A stretch of 64,000 nt of DNA, taken from positions 6,202,001 to 6,266,000 of the forward strand of contig CM075990.1 of the NCBI GenBank assembly GCA_038087875.1, given 5' to 3'. Numbering within the stretch: position 1 is the first letter of the stretch; each line of letters opens with the position of its first letter. This stretch comes from Malacoraja senta. Taxonomy: Eukaryota. The notes under the pieces are model-generated. The model did no database searches and was not told where the DNA came from. It worked only from the letters and a program-made list of their open reading frames with translations. Positions 25,823-36,745 of this stretch are shown piece by piece. The translations under genes and the position numbers were made by a program.

Positions 25823-26421
25823 TTTGTAAACACCAAAAAAACATTTTCCTCTCTAACTATTTCCGAGGTCAAGGGAAGAACTGCTGCTTTGTAACTGACT
25901 CCAGGCTCTGGGACAATAAGCTAGGAAAGAATTAGGAAACAATCATTCAAATGCACTCCTACTGGCTTATATCCAGTATGGGCATTTCACATTTCAAGTT
26001 AAATACAAAGACAGATCACAACTGAACACAATATGTTAAACAAAACAAATCCAAGAGAAAGAAATCCAATCTTCCTTCTCTAACCTGAGATAACCTGACC
26101 AAACTGCTAAAAAGGCAGAGAGGGGTCAGATAACGCCAATGCATATAAAGTTACAACATTTGACCTATTTTCTTATTTTCCAAGCGCGACCCAGCGAGTT
26201 ATCAAGGGAAAAATATGTGTTAGTAGTTAAATAAATCCAATAGTGATTGAGACCAAAATCTATTAAACAGTACCTCTCATCATCAATTTGTGGCACTTAC
26301 AAAGAGGTCTATAAAGTAAACAATGAAACAGTGCTAGCCGTTTTATGCTACCAATTTGATTTTTTACAGCAGGTTCCTCTGACCTCAACTCAGAATTTCT
26401 TCCTGCACAGCTGAACAAGTA

Positions 26422-26849
26422 CAGTGCCCTCCATAATGTTTGGGATAAAGACCTATCATTTATTTATTTGCCTCTGTACTCCACAATTTGAGATTTGTAA
26501 AAGAAAAAAAGCACGTGTGGTTAAAGTGCACATTGCCAGATTTCAATAAAGGCCATTTTTATACATTTTGGTTTCACCATGTAGAAATTACAGCAGTGTT
26601 AGGAGGAAAGAGGAAGACTGGAGGAAAGATTAGGTGCTGAGAGCTCTCTTATACCTGCATTAAGGAGGCATTTAAACACAGCTGAGCAATTACAAACACC
26701 TGTGAAGCCATGTTTCCCAAACATTATGGTGCCCTGAAATGGGGAGGCTATGTATACACAGCTGTAATTTCTACATGGTGATACCGAAATGTATAAAAAT
26801 ACCCTTTTATAAAATCTGACAATGTGCACTTTAACCACATGTGATTTTT
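26422..26849 (-). mobile_element. Internally deleted and truncated Tc1 derivative, same family as 31568-33192
   Basis: TA|CAGTGCCCTCCATAATGTTTGGGA TIR joined directly to sequence matching about 32868-33111 of the full copy. Right end missing. Confidence 0.85.
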
Positions 26850-28539
26850 GAATGAAAGATCAAGTTTCTACATGTGGTAAATAAAAATCACTTGCATCAT
26901 ATTTACATGATGTTGTATATAAACCTCTTCAACAATTGCAATAAATAATCAAAGACTGTCCACTTCTATTTCATATTTCACTGTACAAATTAGAGGTCGG
27001 ATATACAGAGGTCAGATATAACAGGCCCTTTGGCTCGTCTAGTCCACAAGCTAAAAAGGCAGCCAGCATCATCAAGGACCCACACCACCCTGGCCACACA
27101 CTCATTTCACTCCTGCCATCAAGAAGGTATAGGAGTCGGAAAACTGTAATGTTCAGGTTCAAGAACAAATGCATCACAACAACCAGAAGGTTATTGAACA
27201 CCATGAACTCCTTCTAAGCTTCGAACTACAGACTACTTTGCGGCACTAGGGACTTCTGACTTGTTTTTGCACTGTATTGTTCTTTGATTTATTCAACATT
27301 TTTGTTTATTATATTATCTATTGAGTACTGCCTTTACAAACATGTTGTGCTGCTTGCTGCTAGTAAGTCATGACACTAACCCCATTCACATAACTTCCCC
27401 AGATTCTACACTCTAGCGATCATATAATGTGTCCAATTAACAACTAAATGAGCAAAAGAATCTTGAGCAAAACTGCAAACTGTCAAGCAGCATCTGTGGC
27501 AGAAACATGGTCTGTCCATTTCTCCTCACAGATCCTAGTTGATGTGCTGAGTTCTCCCAGGGCTTTGTTTTTTGTTTGTTCACTTAACATGTCTGTTAGA
27601 TGTGGGAGAAAATGCTGGCAGTCTCAGGGAAAACATGGAAAACACAAAAGACTGAAAATGCTGGGACCTGGAGGAAAGAAAAACTGCTGAAAGAACTCAA
27701 CGGGTCAGGCAGCATCTGTGAAGGGAAATTGACAGAAGACATTTTGAGTCAGGCAACATGTGTTGCGGGAAACTGAAGAAGGATCTCCACCCAAAACATC
27801 ACCTATTCCTTTTTTCCCCAGACGCTGCCTGACCCACTGAGTTACTCCAACTTTTTATGTCTATCTTCGGTTTAAACCAGCATCTGCAGTTCCTTCCCAC
27901 ACAGAAGACATTTCGGGACAGGAAGCACCTGTTGGGGTAAATGGACTGTTGACGTTTCAGGTCTGGATCCATCTTCAGAGAAGGAGAATGTAACAGGAAT
28001 CAGGATTGTACTCTCGAGTATCTGTAATTGTTCCCAGACTTTGCAAAGACAATTAGATTGTCCATGAAACATGATTTTAAATTGCAAATTCACTTTATCT
28101 ACCTGATACACTGAAGATTGACAACGCAAAAAAAACCTCATTTCGTTTTCAATTGCGAGAAACAGGATAATGTACTGTTATAAAAGATTACACAGTGAGA
28201 GGCTGGATAGAGACAGTTACAATAGTTAATTGTGCATCTGTTATATATATGTTGTGCAATAACTGGTCACTTACATTTCATTATTATTATTATAAAGCAC
28301 ATGACACTTTAAATGCCTTGTAACTGTATCTTTTGACTCGTGGCTGACCATTTCCCTCCGGGATAAAGGAAGTTGTATCCTGTCGTATCGTATATTCACT
28401 ACTTACTAAATAAATGAAAGATGCACGCATCCCATGTTAAAACATCCGGTTATAATCACTGTTTAAAAGGTGCAGTTGGAGAGGCAGTGGTATTCCATTC
28501 CCATCTTGGGGCTGCTGACTTTGTAAAGAAGCATCAAGT

Positions 28540-29530
28540 AGCAGCGACGGTCTGCTCGCCGCGGCGGCGCTGAATGAATGACCGCAAGACGAGCGCTGCC
28601 GCCGAGCGCGGCCGGCTCCGTCAACGCGCCTGCGCATTGCCGACACTGCCGGCATCTCCCACATGCGCGCTGTAGCCAACCCGTCGCCGCGCCTGCGCAT
28701 TGCCGGCATGTCGCGTGTGCAACAAAGCACGTTCCGTCCACGCGCATGCGCCATCCGACCGGGCGGCCGGCCGGCCGGCTTCCCCCGTGTGCGCGCGTGC
28801 GCAGTGCAGCCCGCCGGTGCACATCAACTCAGCATCATTGCAATCTCAACGCCACCTCCTTTCGCTTTTTTTTTTCTTTTTCCGTTTGCTCAATAAAGAT
28901 TGCAACGGAATCAAGCCAAGGGTGTATCAATAAGATGAATTTACCCGGTGCATTTTGCATTGTTCCATTACCGTGCCATCCTGCAAAGCCGCGCTCGCGC
29001 CGTCCTGAGGGGCAGGAGTCAAACATACCCGGGGGCCTCGCGGCTCTCACAGTCGCCCCCACCCTGCCTGAGTACTTTACTTCACATCTTTGTCTTCCCA
29101 AAAACACAATGTTTTCCTCAGATTTATCATCTGTGACGGGTGGTTGGGAAGGGGTCGGGTTGGTGTGTGCGGTGTATGGGTGTGGGGTCAGGCGCGGCGC
29201 GGCGGCGGGGTCCTGACTGGCGGCGGCGATGGCGGCGGTGGCGGGCGGTTGGCGGCTGCTGCTCCGGCGATGGCGATGGCGGAGGCAGTCGCACAGCAGG
29301 TGCCGAGCCGTCTCCTGGCCCGCAGCGGGCCCAGCACATTCCCACCGCGTCCCACGGGCAGTCTGGTCGCGTCCCGGCGGCCTCACCTTCACGTCTCGGT
29401 GTTGGGCCCCAGCCCCGCTCAGTCTCACCCTCACCCTCTCTGTAACTATACCCCGGGGTTGGCAGCTGAAACCTCCCTTTGTACCTGTCCTCTCCAAGTC
29501 TCGGTGTTGGGCCCCCAGCCCCGCACTCCC
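28540..29530. promoter_or_regulatory. CpG island / probable bidirectional promoter (NFU1-like on +, PAQR3-like on -) with NRF1-type motifs
   Basis: Abrupt GC/CpG-rich stretch in an AT-rich background. GCGCCTGCGCA at 28626 and 28689, GCGCATGCGC at 28742. Contains the NFU1 start codon. Confidence 0.75.
29229..29299 (+). CDS. NFU1: NFU1-like coding exon 1 (mitochondrial targeting peptide)
   Basis: Kozak GCGGCG-ATG-G. MAAVAGGWRLLLRRWRWRRQSHS is Arg-rich with no acidic residues. Donor CAG|GTGCCG is weak, but phase 2 fits exon 2. Confidence 0.72.
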
Positions 29531-29565
29531 CTTCTTTGTAGCCTTGTCCCCTTGTCAGCTCGACG

Positions 29566-29850
29566 TAGATTACAAAACCTACACCAAACCTAAACCAATT
29601 AGGAGCAGACGAGGGCATTCGATCCAATTTGAGATACCAGCTACCAAGACAGATGTGTACAGCAATTCGTTCTTCCCCCGCACAATTAAAGCATGGGATA
29701 ATCTTCACCCTACCATAGTTACCCAACCAGATGCAACTAAATTTAAGGTCGCTCTTTCTTCCCAAAAACACGTTCTGGCTTAAGTCCTCCCTCCACCACC
29801 TCCAGTTTAAATTCCATTTGGAATATTTTGGAGGACCAAGAAACCAAGAA
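29566..29850 (+). mobile_element. LINE 3' end (CR1/Daphne-like) at the edge of the CpG island
   Basis: RSRRGHS...YSNSFFPRTIKAWDNL...FK, stop at 29783, then an (ACCAAGAA)2 tail. Confidence 0.65.
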
Positions 29851-31177
29851 CCCAGGGCTGACAGTTCATGTCTGGTAGCTGAAACCTGAAAAATATTTCC
29901 CCTATGCCTGCTCCAGCCTCTGTCAATGGAGTGAGGCTGGTCAGCCTGTGGAAACCATCGTCTGCCCTCTAGTTTGCTCCCTGGTAGGCAGCTGGTCCTA
30001 GATGCATCAGCCCCTACAGAGTGCTCAGTTGTGGGGTTTGTTTTTAAACCTCTGTGCACTCACTATTTTGATAATGTAGCACATGTGATGGGGCTGTCTA
30101 TTCTGGAGGACAAAACAAACAGCTGGGAACTCAGTGAAACACCAAGTGATGGAGTAACTCAGTGGGTCAGACAGTATCTGTGGAGGGAATAGGACATTCC
30201 GGGTTTCGGCTCGGGACCTTCAAACTCTTCAGAGAACTCAGCCGGTCAAATGTGTCCTGACCCAATATATCCACCATTCCAATCACCTCACAGATGTTTC
30301 TTGACTTGCTGAATTCCTCCAGCAGTTTGTTTTGTACTTTTTGTTGATTAATAAAAAGTGTATCCGATCTTGCCAACATTGTCTGGAATTCAAACAACCA
30401 CGACAACTCCTGTCCTAATGATTCAGTCCCTTTCTTCAGAAGATTCAGATCTGTAACATTTCCACAGATGCTGTCTTGAGTTCTCCCAGCGTTTTCTATT
30501 TTTCTCTACTAATGATCAACACCCAATTATTGTCTCCAACCTTCAGTTGTATAAAGCCATTATTATGGTGTGCGTTTGCCACATTGTTGATAGAAATTGA
30601 GTTCATTTGCTTTGGATAATTGCTTTCCTTATGCTGGCTAATTGTGCACAGACTTGGATATGAAAGAAGTAATAGACCAAATGTATACGTAGCTGTTACT
30701 ATAACTAGAAAAATTAAATAACCCAAAAGTTGCTGGAGGCTGGGTTTTTTCATGTATGCCTCCTTGTTGAGATAAACTGATTGTCCAAAGCTTGCTGCAT
30801 TTTAATGCAGATATGACTACATTTGCTGTTGATTATTAGAGCTGGCTTTGAGTCACACAAGCATCCTGAGCTTGAGTATTTTAGATTTATGTATTAGGGA
30901 ATTTTATTTTAATGTCGTCTTCTACTTTTTTTTAACCTATCCCTTATTTTTTTTTTCTCATTTGTGACAATGAAGATACAAGTTTGCAAAAAAAAAATCG
31001 TATTCACCAATGTCTTCTAGGAAAGGAAACCCATCATTCTTGCCTGGTCTTTAAGTGACTTGAGACCCTCTGGAATGGCCCACCAAGCCACTCGTTGTAT
31101 AATAATTGGAGATTCATTACTAATGTTGTTCCCAGTCATGCCCATCCCATTGAACAAATCTAAATGGCCTTTGTTTA

Positions 31178-31520
31178 CAATACGATAGAATTTTATTTAT
31201 CCCAGGAGGGAAATTGATCTTGTCACAGTCATAAAAACACAAAAACACAAAAACACAAAATACATGAAACATGAAATTAAAGTGACGAGTGGAAAGGATT
31301 GGGGATTTGCAAAGATTGGGGAGGGGTGGGGGAGTCAGTCTCGGTCTCAGTCTACCCCACGACAGAAGGGGAGGAGTTGTACAGTTTGATAGCCACAGGG
31401 AAGAAGGATCTCCTGTGGTGTTCTGTCCTGCATCTTGGTGGAACCAGTCTGTTGCTGAAGGTACTCCTCAGGTTGACCAGTGTGTCATGGAGGGGGTGAG
31501 CTGTATTGTCCAGGATGCTT
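31178..31520 (-). mobile_element. Rex1/Babar-type LINE 3' end
   Basis: SILDNTAHPLH...RLVPPRCRTEHHRRSFFPVAIKLYNS and a GGGATAAATAAA tail. Related fragments at about 13785-13975, 27050-27200, 57380-57640 and 61680-61915. Confidence 0.75.
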
Positions 31521-31567
31521 TTGGGAGATGAGAGTGTTGCTGATAAAAGCGACAGTTTATGCACATA

Positions 31568-33192
31568 CAGTGCCCTCCATAATGTTTGGGACAAAGACCC
31601 ATCAATTATTATTTGCCTCTTTACTCCACAATTTGAGATTTGTAATAGAAACAAATCACGTGTGGTTAAAGTGCACATTGTCAGATTTCAATAAAGGCCA
31701 TTTTTATACATTTTGGTATCAGCATGTAGAAATTACAGCAGTGTTAATACATAGTCCCCCCATTTCAGGGCACCATAATGTTTGGGGCACAGCAATATCA
31801 ATTAATCATGTTTAGTATTTTGTTGCATATCCTTTGCATGCAATGACTGCTTGAAGTCTGCGATTCAAGGTCAGCACCAGTTGCTGGGTGTCTTCTCTGG
31901 CGATGCTCTGCCAGGCCTGTATTGCAGCCATCTTTAGCTTATGCTTGTTTTGGGGGCTAGTCCCATTCAGTTTTCTCTTCAGCATATAAAAGGCAATCTC
32001 AACTGGGTTCAGATCGGGTAATTGACTTAGCCACTCAAGAATTTACCATTTTTTTGGCTTTGAAAAAACCCTTTGTTGCTTTAGCAGTATGTTTGGGATC
32101 ATTGTCTTGCTGCAGAATGAACTGCCGGCCAATGAGTTTTGAGGCATTTGTTTGAACTTGACCAGACAGGATGTGTCTATACACTTCGCAATTCATTATG
32201 CTACTACCATCATCAATGAAGATAAGTGAGCCAGTACCTCAGCAGCCATACATGCCCATGCCATAACAGACCACCACAGTGTTTCACAGATGAGGTGGTA
32301 TGCTTTGGATCTTGGGCAGTTCCTTCTCTCCTCCATACTTTGCTCTTGCCATCACTCTGATATAAGTTAATCTTCGTCTCATCTGTCCACAAGACCTTTT
32401 TCCAGAACTGTGGTTGCTCTTTTAAGTACTTCTTGGCAAACTGTAACCTGGCCATCCTATTTTTGTGGCTAACCAGTGGGATGCATCTTGCAGTGTAGCC
32501 TCTGTATTTCTGTTCATGAAGTCTTCTGCGGACAGTGGTCATTGACCAATCCACACCTGACTCCTGAAGAGTGTTTCTGATCTGTCGGACAGGTTTGGGG
32601 ATTTTATTATAGAGGGAATTCTTCTGACATCAGCTGTGCAGGTCTTCCTTGGCTTGCCAGTCCCTTTGCAATTAGAAAGCTCACCAGTGCACTCTTTCTT
32701 CTTAATGATGTTCCAAATATTTGATTTTGGTGAGCCCATGGTTTGGCTGATGTCTCTAACAGCTTTATTCTTGTTTCTCAGTCTCATAATGGCATCTTTG
32801 ACTCTCATTGGCACAACTTTGGTTCTCATGTTGATAAACAGCAATAAAAGTTTCTAAAAGTGATAGAAAGACTGGAGGAAAGACTAGGTGCTGAGAGCTC
32901 TCTTATACCTGCATGAAGGAGGCAATTAAACACACCTGAGCAATTACAAACACCTGTGAAGCCATGTGTGCCAAACATTATGGCGCCCTGAAATGGGGGG
33001 GGGGGGGACTATGTATAAACACTGCTTTAATTTCTACATGGTGAAACTAAAATGTATAAAAATACCCATTAATAAAATCTGACAATGTACACTTTAACCA
33101 CGTGATATTTTTCTATCACAAATCTCAAATAAGAGTACAGAGGCAAATAAATAAATGATGGGTCTTTGTCCCAAACATTATGCAGGGCACTG
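31568..33192 (-). mobile_element. Full-length but decayed Tc1 transposon (second family) in NFU1 intron 1
   Basis: TA|CAGTGCCCTCCATAATG...CATTATGCAGGGCACTG|TA, with long TIRs. Frameshifted transposase pieces at 32844-32539 and 32554-32213 (KVLWTDETKINL). SPDLNP-like sequence near 32020. Confidence 0.93.
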
Positions 33193-33571
33193 TACAATGC
33201 AATGCATCTTGTATCTTTGTTTTTAGAAAGCCGTGCACATTCTCACAGCAGGTCTTTTAATTATGTCCTTACTATTATTTGCTTTAATTTCTAGCCTATC
33301 TAACTGGGAAAAACCATAACCTGATAAATGTTCTTTGCTAAATAACGTCACAAGCTTCTTATAATTCTTCCCTTTTACTGCCCTTTGCTCCCCACTCCCT
33401 CCTTCCCCACTGATTCCCTCTCATCTCCACAATATATTTTAACACCTGCGCTCGTGTAAAAGTCTGCCAAAGCTGCTTGGAGGCATAGTATTTTGACATA
33501 ATAGTTCTAACATGAAAGTTCAATTCATAAAGTGACATAAACAAATTCATTTTATTTGTTTTAAATCTTAG

Positions 33572-33681
33572 CCTAACCATCAGAAGTAATCCAAGACATG
33601 TTCATTCTGCTGTGAGTTCAACTTCAAGAATGCTAGAGGGACCGATGTTTCTCATTCCAACAGGACCTAAGTTTGTCAGTG
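33572..33681 (+). CDS. NFU1: NFU1-like coding exon 2
   Basis: ttttaaatcttag| acceptor and G|GTATGT donor. Open 110 nt, phase 2 to 1: (S)LTIRSNPRHVHSAVSSTSRMLEGPMFLIPTGPKFVS(A). Joins exons 1 and 3 in frame. Poorly conserved region, so less certain. Confidence 0.7.
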
Positions 33682-34675
33682 GTATGTTTGTTGTACAATC
33701 TTTGAATTACTCTTTGACACGGGCAAGAAAGGAGATCATGGTTTATTCTTGATATAATGCTGCAAATCTTGATTGAACTGTGCCTGAATCTATTTTATCT
33801 GCAAAGGTATATTGATATATATTATATTGCTTTAAATTTCAACCTTAGACAGTTCTTTTAGTTTCTGAGAATTGCTAATGGATGCACAAACAAAATGCCG
33901 ACATCTTTTGGCTTCTCTCAATTCCTTTTCTGGTGAACTTTTTGAATCTTTCCTATCAATGCTTACATTTTAATTTCAGGCATTTCCATTAAAGTTCTCA
34001 GCTTGTTCTTATTTGTGTTTTTATAAATTAAGAAGACTTCCCCTTGTGTTAAATCAGATTGGTTAAAATAGAAACCAAAATCTTATAACAAACTGAAAAT
34101 ACGGAAGCATTCATAAAAATGCAGGCCATGTTCTTATCAAGGGCCATCAGGATTACATGCCTTAAAAGTGGAAGGAAGTACGCTGTGTGCTTGAAATCTT
34201 TTGCATTTTATTGAAGGGAGTGGTCTCCTGACCTCGGCTGCTTTCAGTATGGAGTTTGCATGTTCTCCCTGTGACTGCATGAGGTTCGTCCATTTTTTCC
34301 CACATCTCAAAGATGTGGGGGTTTGTAGGTCAATTAGTCTCCGTAAATTGCCCCTTGTGCGTAGGGATGCGAAAGTGGGATAACAAGAAGTATGTGAACG
34401 GATAATTGATGCTCGGCATGGTCTCGGTGGGTTCCATGCTGTAACAGTCAATTAATCAAACTGTTTAAGCCGCGGCATGTATTTCATAGCTATTTCAGAG
34501 TGTTGAAACCTTAGGTAGTTAGTTTGTCCTGCATGTTGCAAATAGGACATATGTGGGTAATCTTCCACATTGTTGGGAAGCTGCCAATCCCTTGACTGTG
34601 CTGGAGCAGCTTATATAGAGCCACAAACAATTTTGGAGAGCAGATCTTCAGAAGTACAGCCAGGAATTGCACTAA

Positions 34676-34924
34676 AGGGCATGTCCCACTTTCACGACCT
34701 AATTCACGACCTCTGCCGAGTTTGCCCTTGACTCATACTCGCAGCATGGTCGTCATGAGGTCATAGGAGGTCGTAGGTAGGTCGTAGATAGGTCGTAGGT
34801 AGTTCGTGATGCTAGTCGTAGGTACTCGTGGCACCAAGTAGGTCGAGGCATTTTTTCAACATGATGAAAAATGTCCACGAGTAAAAAAGGTCGTGAATTA
34901 GGTCGTGAAAGTGGGACAGGCCCT
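34676..34924. mobile_element. PIF/Harbinger MITE #2
   Basis: TAA|AGGGCATGTCCCACTTTCACGACCTAATTCACGACC...GGTCGTGAATTAGGTCGTGAAAGTGGGACAGGCCCT|TAA. Internal GGTCGTAG repeats. Confidence 0.85.
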
Positions 34925-36439
34925 TAAGGTAGCTTACGTTGGATATCATGGCCTTTAGGAGAAGTTGAAGAGGAAATTTACTGGCACAACACCAGTGATG
35001 CCTATGTAGAGAGGCTAGAAAAGCTGGGATGGAACGACTGAAGTTTCATGGAGGTGGTATCAGTTGAGTAAGGAGAGATGACATCTGGGACAGTGGAGAC
35101 ATTGAGATACAGAGTTAAAGAACTAGATGTGAAAATGTATTTATGAAGTGAGTTGCCACACTCTGGAATGCACTTCATAAGACCATGGAGGAAACATTCC
35201 CAGTATTAAGTTTTTGCAATATGGAAATGGGTAACTTCCAGAGCAAGAACATTTTCTAGGGCCATTGGGAAAAGACAGAGGAGCAAGAGCAACTGAATAA
35301 CTTTCAGAGAGTCGGCAAAGACATAAAGGGTTCAATGGTCTCCTATTTTTCTAATCATTCTATAAAGAGCAGGTTTTCTTGGAGATCAGGTGTAAATCAT
35401 TGCAGCACTGTAAGAGTGGAGAGCCAGTTGAGCAGTGCATTAGGAAGTATGATGTAAATAACATGAAATATCAATGATATGCCAGAAATATGCACCATTC
35501 CAAGGTAATGTTGCTTGCTCTGCAATACGTTGATGTGAATTTCTTGACTGAAAAGAAGGGGGGGCAAAAGAGGTTTTCTACTGCTGTAATTGGGTTCAAA
35601 ATGGTCCTATTTGAGATTGCCAGTTATCACTAAACCTGAAGTTGATAAATAATTATGGCTGAATGTGGTTAAGAGGGATGCATGTATCTAATCAAGATAA
35701 AAGGCCAGAGGCTTAAGTTGTTTCTGATGTATTTACAGAACTGATATTAGCATTGATAGAACAGCGCTGTATATCAGTGATCTATGTTACCATTGAGAGA
35801 GGGACAGTTATATTCTATTGTGAGAATTTGATATTATCGTCAGAAAGTACAATTTTCATAACTATTTGCAAATTTAGTTCAATCCCATTTAAGAAAATGG
35901 AAGAATTATGAAGGCATTAGTTGAGAGATTAAAACACTGGAGCTACATATATTGCTGTATCTGTTAAAATAGGGAGAACGTATTACTCTAAATCATGTAC
36001 TGTTTGCAATAAACATTCCAATGCAGCACCACCAATCCTATGTAGGCAATTTGTAAAAATACAAAAACGTGAAATGTCAAAGTTGTGATTTTATCAGTAT
36101 ATTGTTTCCAGTGCATATCTCCTCCCAGAAAATGCACCTTGCGTCTGCACATTTAGTTCTCAAGAATGAAAGCATGGCTGATTGATTGTTTTAAGAAATG
36201 ATGAAAAGAACAAACTGAAAACAGGAGATTTTTTTTTGTTTCAATGAGTTGTGCTTTCTTGTGTTTTCCATGTGTGAATTATTTGATAAATAAATTGGCC
36301 TGCATACAGCAGCCTAAAACTATGATATTCTCCTTCATTGCCAATTTTCTAGTCAATCTTTCTTATCCCTTGGCCATAGTTCCCTTCAGAAATCATGAAC
36401 GAGTCTCTCTGGCTTTTGGGAATTGTTTGCTTTAAATTC

Positions 36440-36745
36440 AAACTACCTTCTCTGGCAGCTCATTCAATATTCCAACCATCCTCTGTGTGTAAAGGTTTCC
36501 CCTCAAGTTCCTATTAAATCTTTCCCCTCCCATCCTAAACCTATTTCCTCTGGTCTTTGATTCCCTTACTCTGGGTAAAAGGCTCTGAGCATTTACAATT
36601 TCTGTTCTCCTGATTTTATACATATCGATAGGATAACTCCTCATCCTCCTGCGCTCCAAGTTCTCGCCTGCCCACCCTCTCCCTTTGCTCAGGCCATCAA
36701 GTCCTGGCAATATCCTCGTACATCTTCTCTGGACTCTTTCCAGCA
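36440..36745 (-). mobile_element. CR1-type LINE fragment
   Basis: LERVQRRCTRILPGL...TRGNRF...TQRMVGILNELP. Confidence 0.8.

Noticed and set aside
28437..30059. Long overlapping ORFs (212, 220, 310 aa etc.) over the CpG island
   Set aside because: These are stop-poor frames caused by high GC with no recognisable domains. Only NFU1 exon 1 and a LINE tail are supported.
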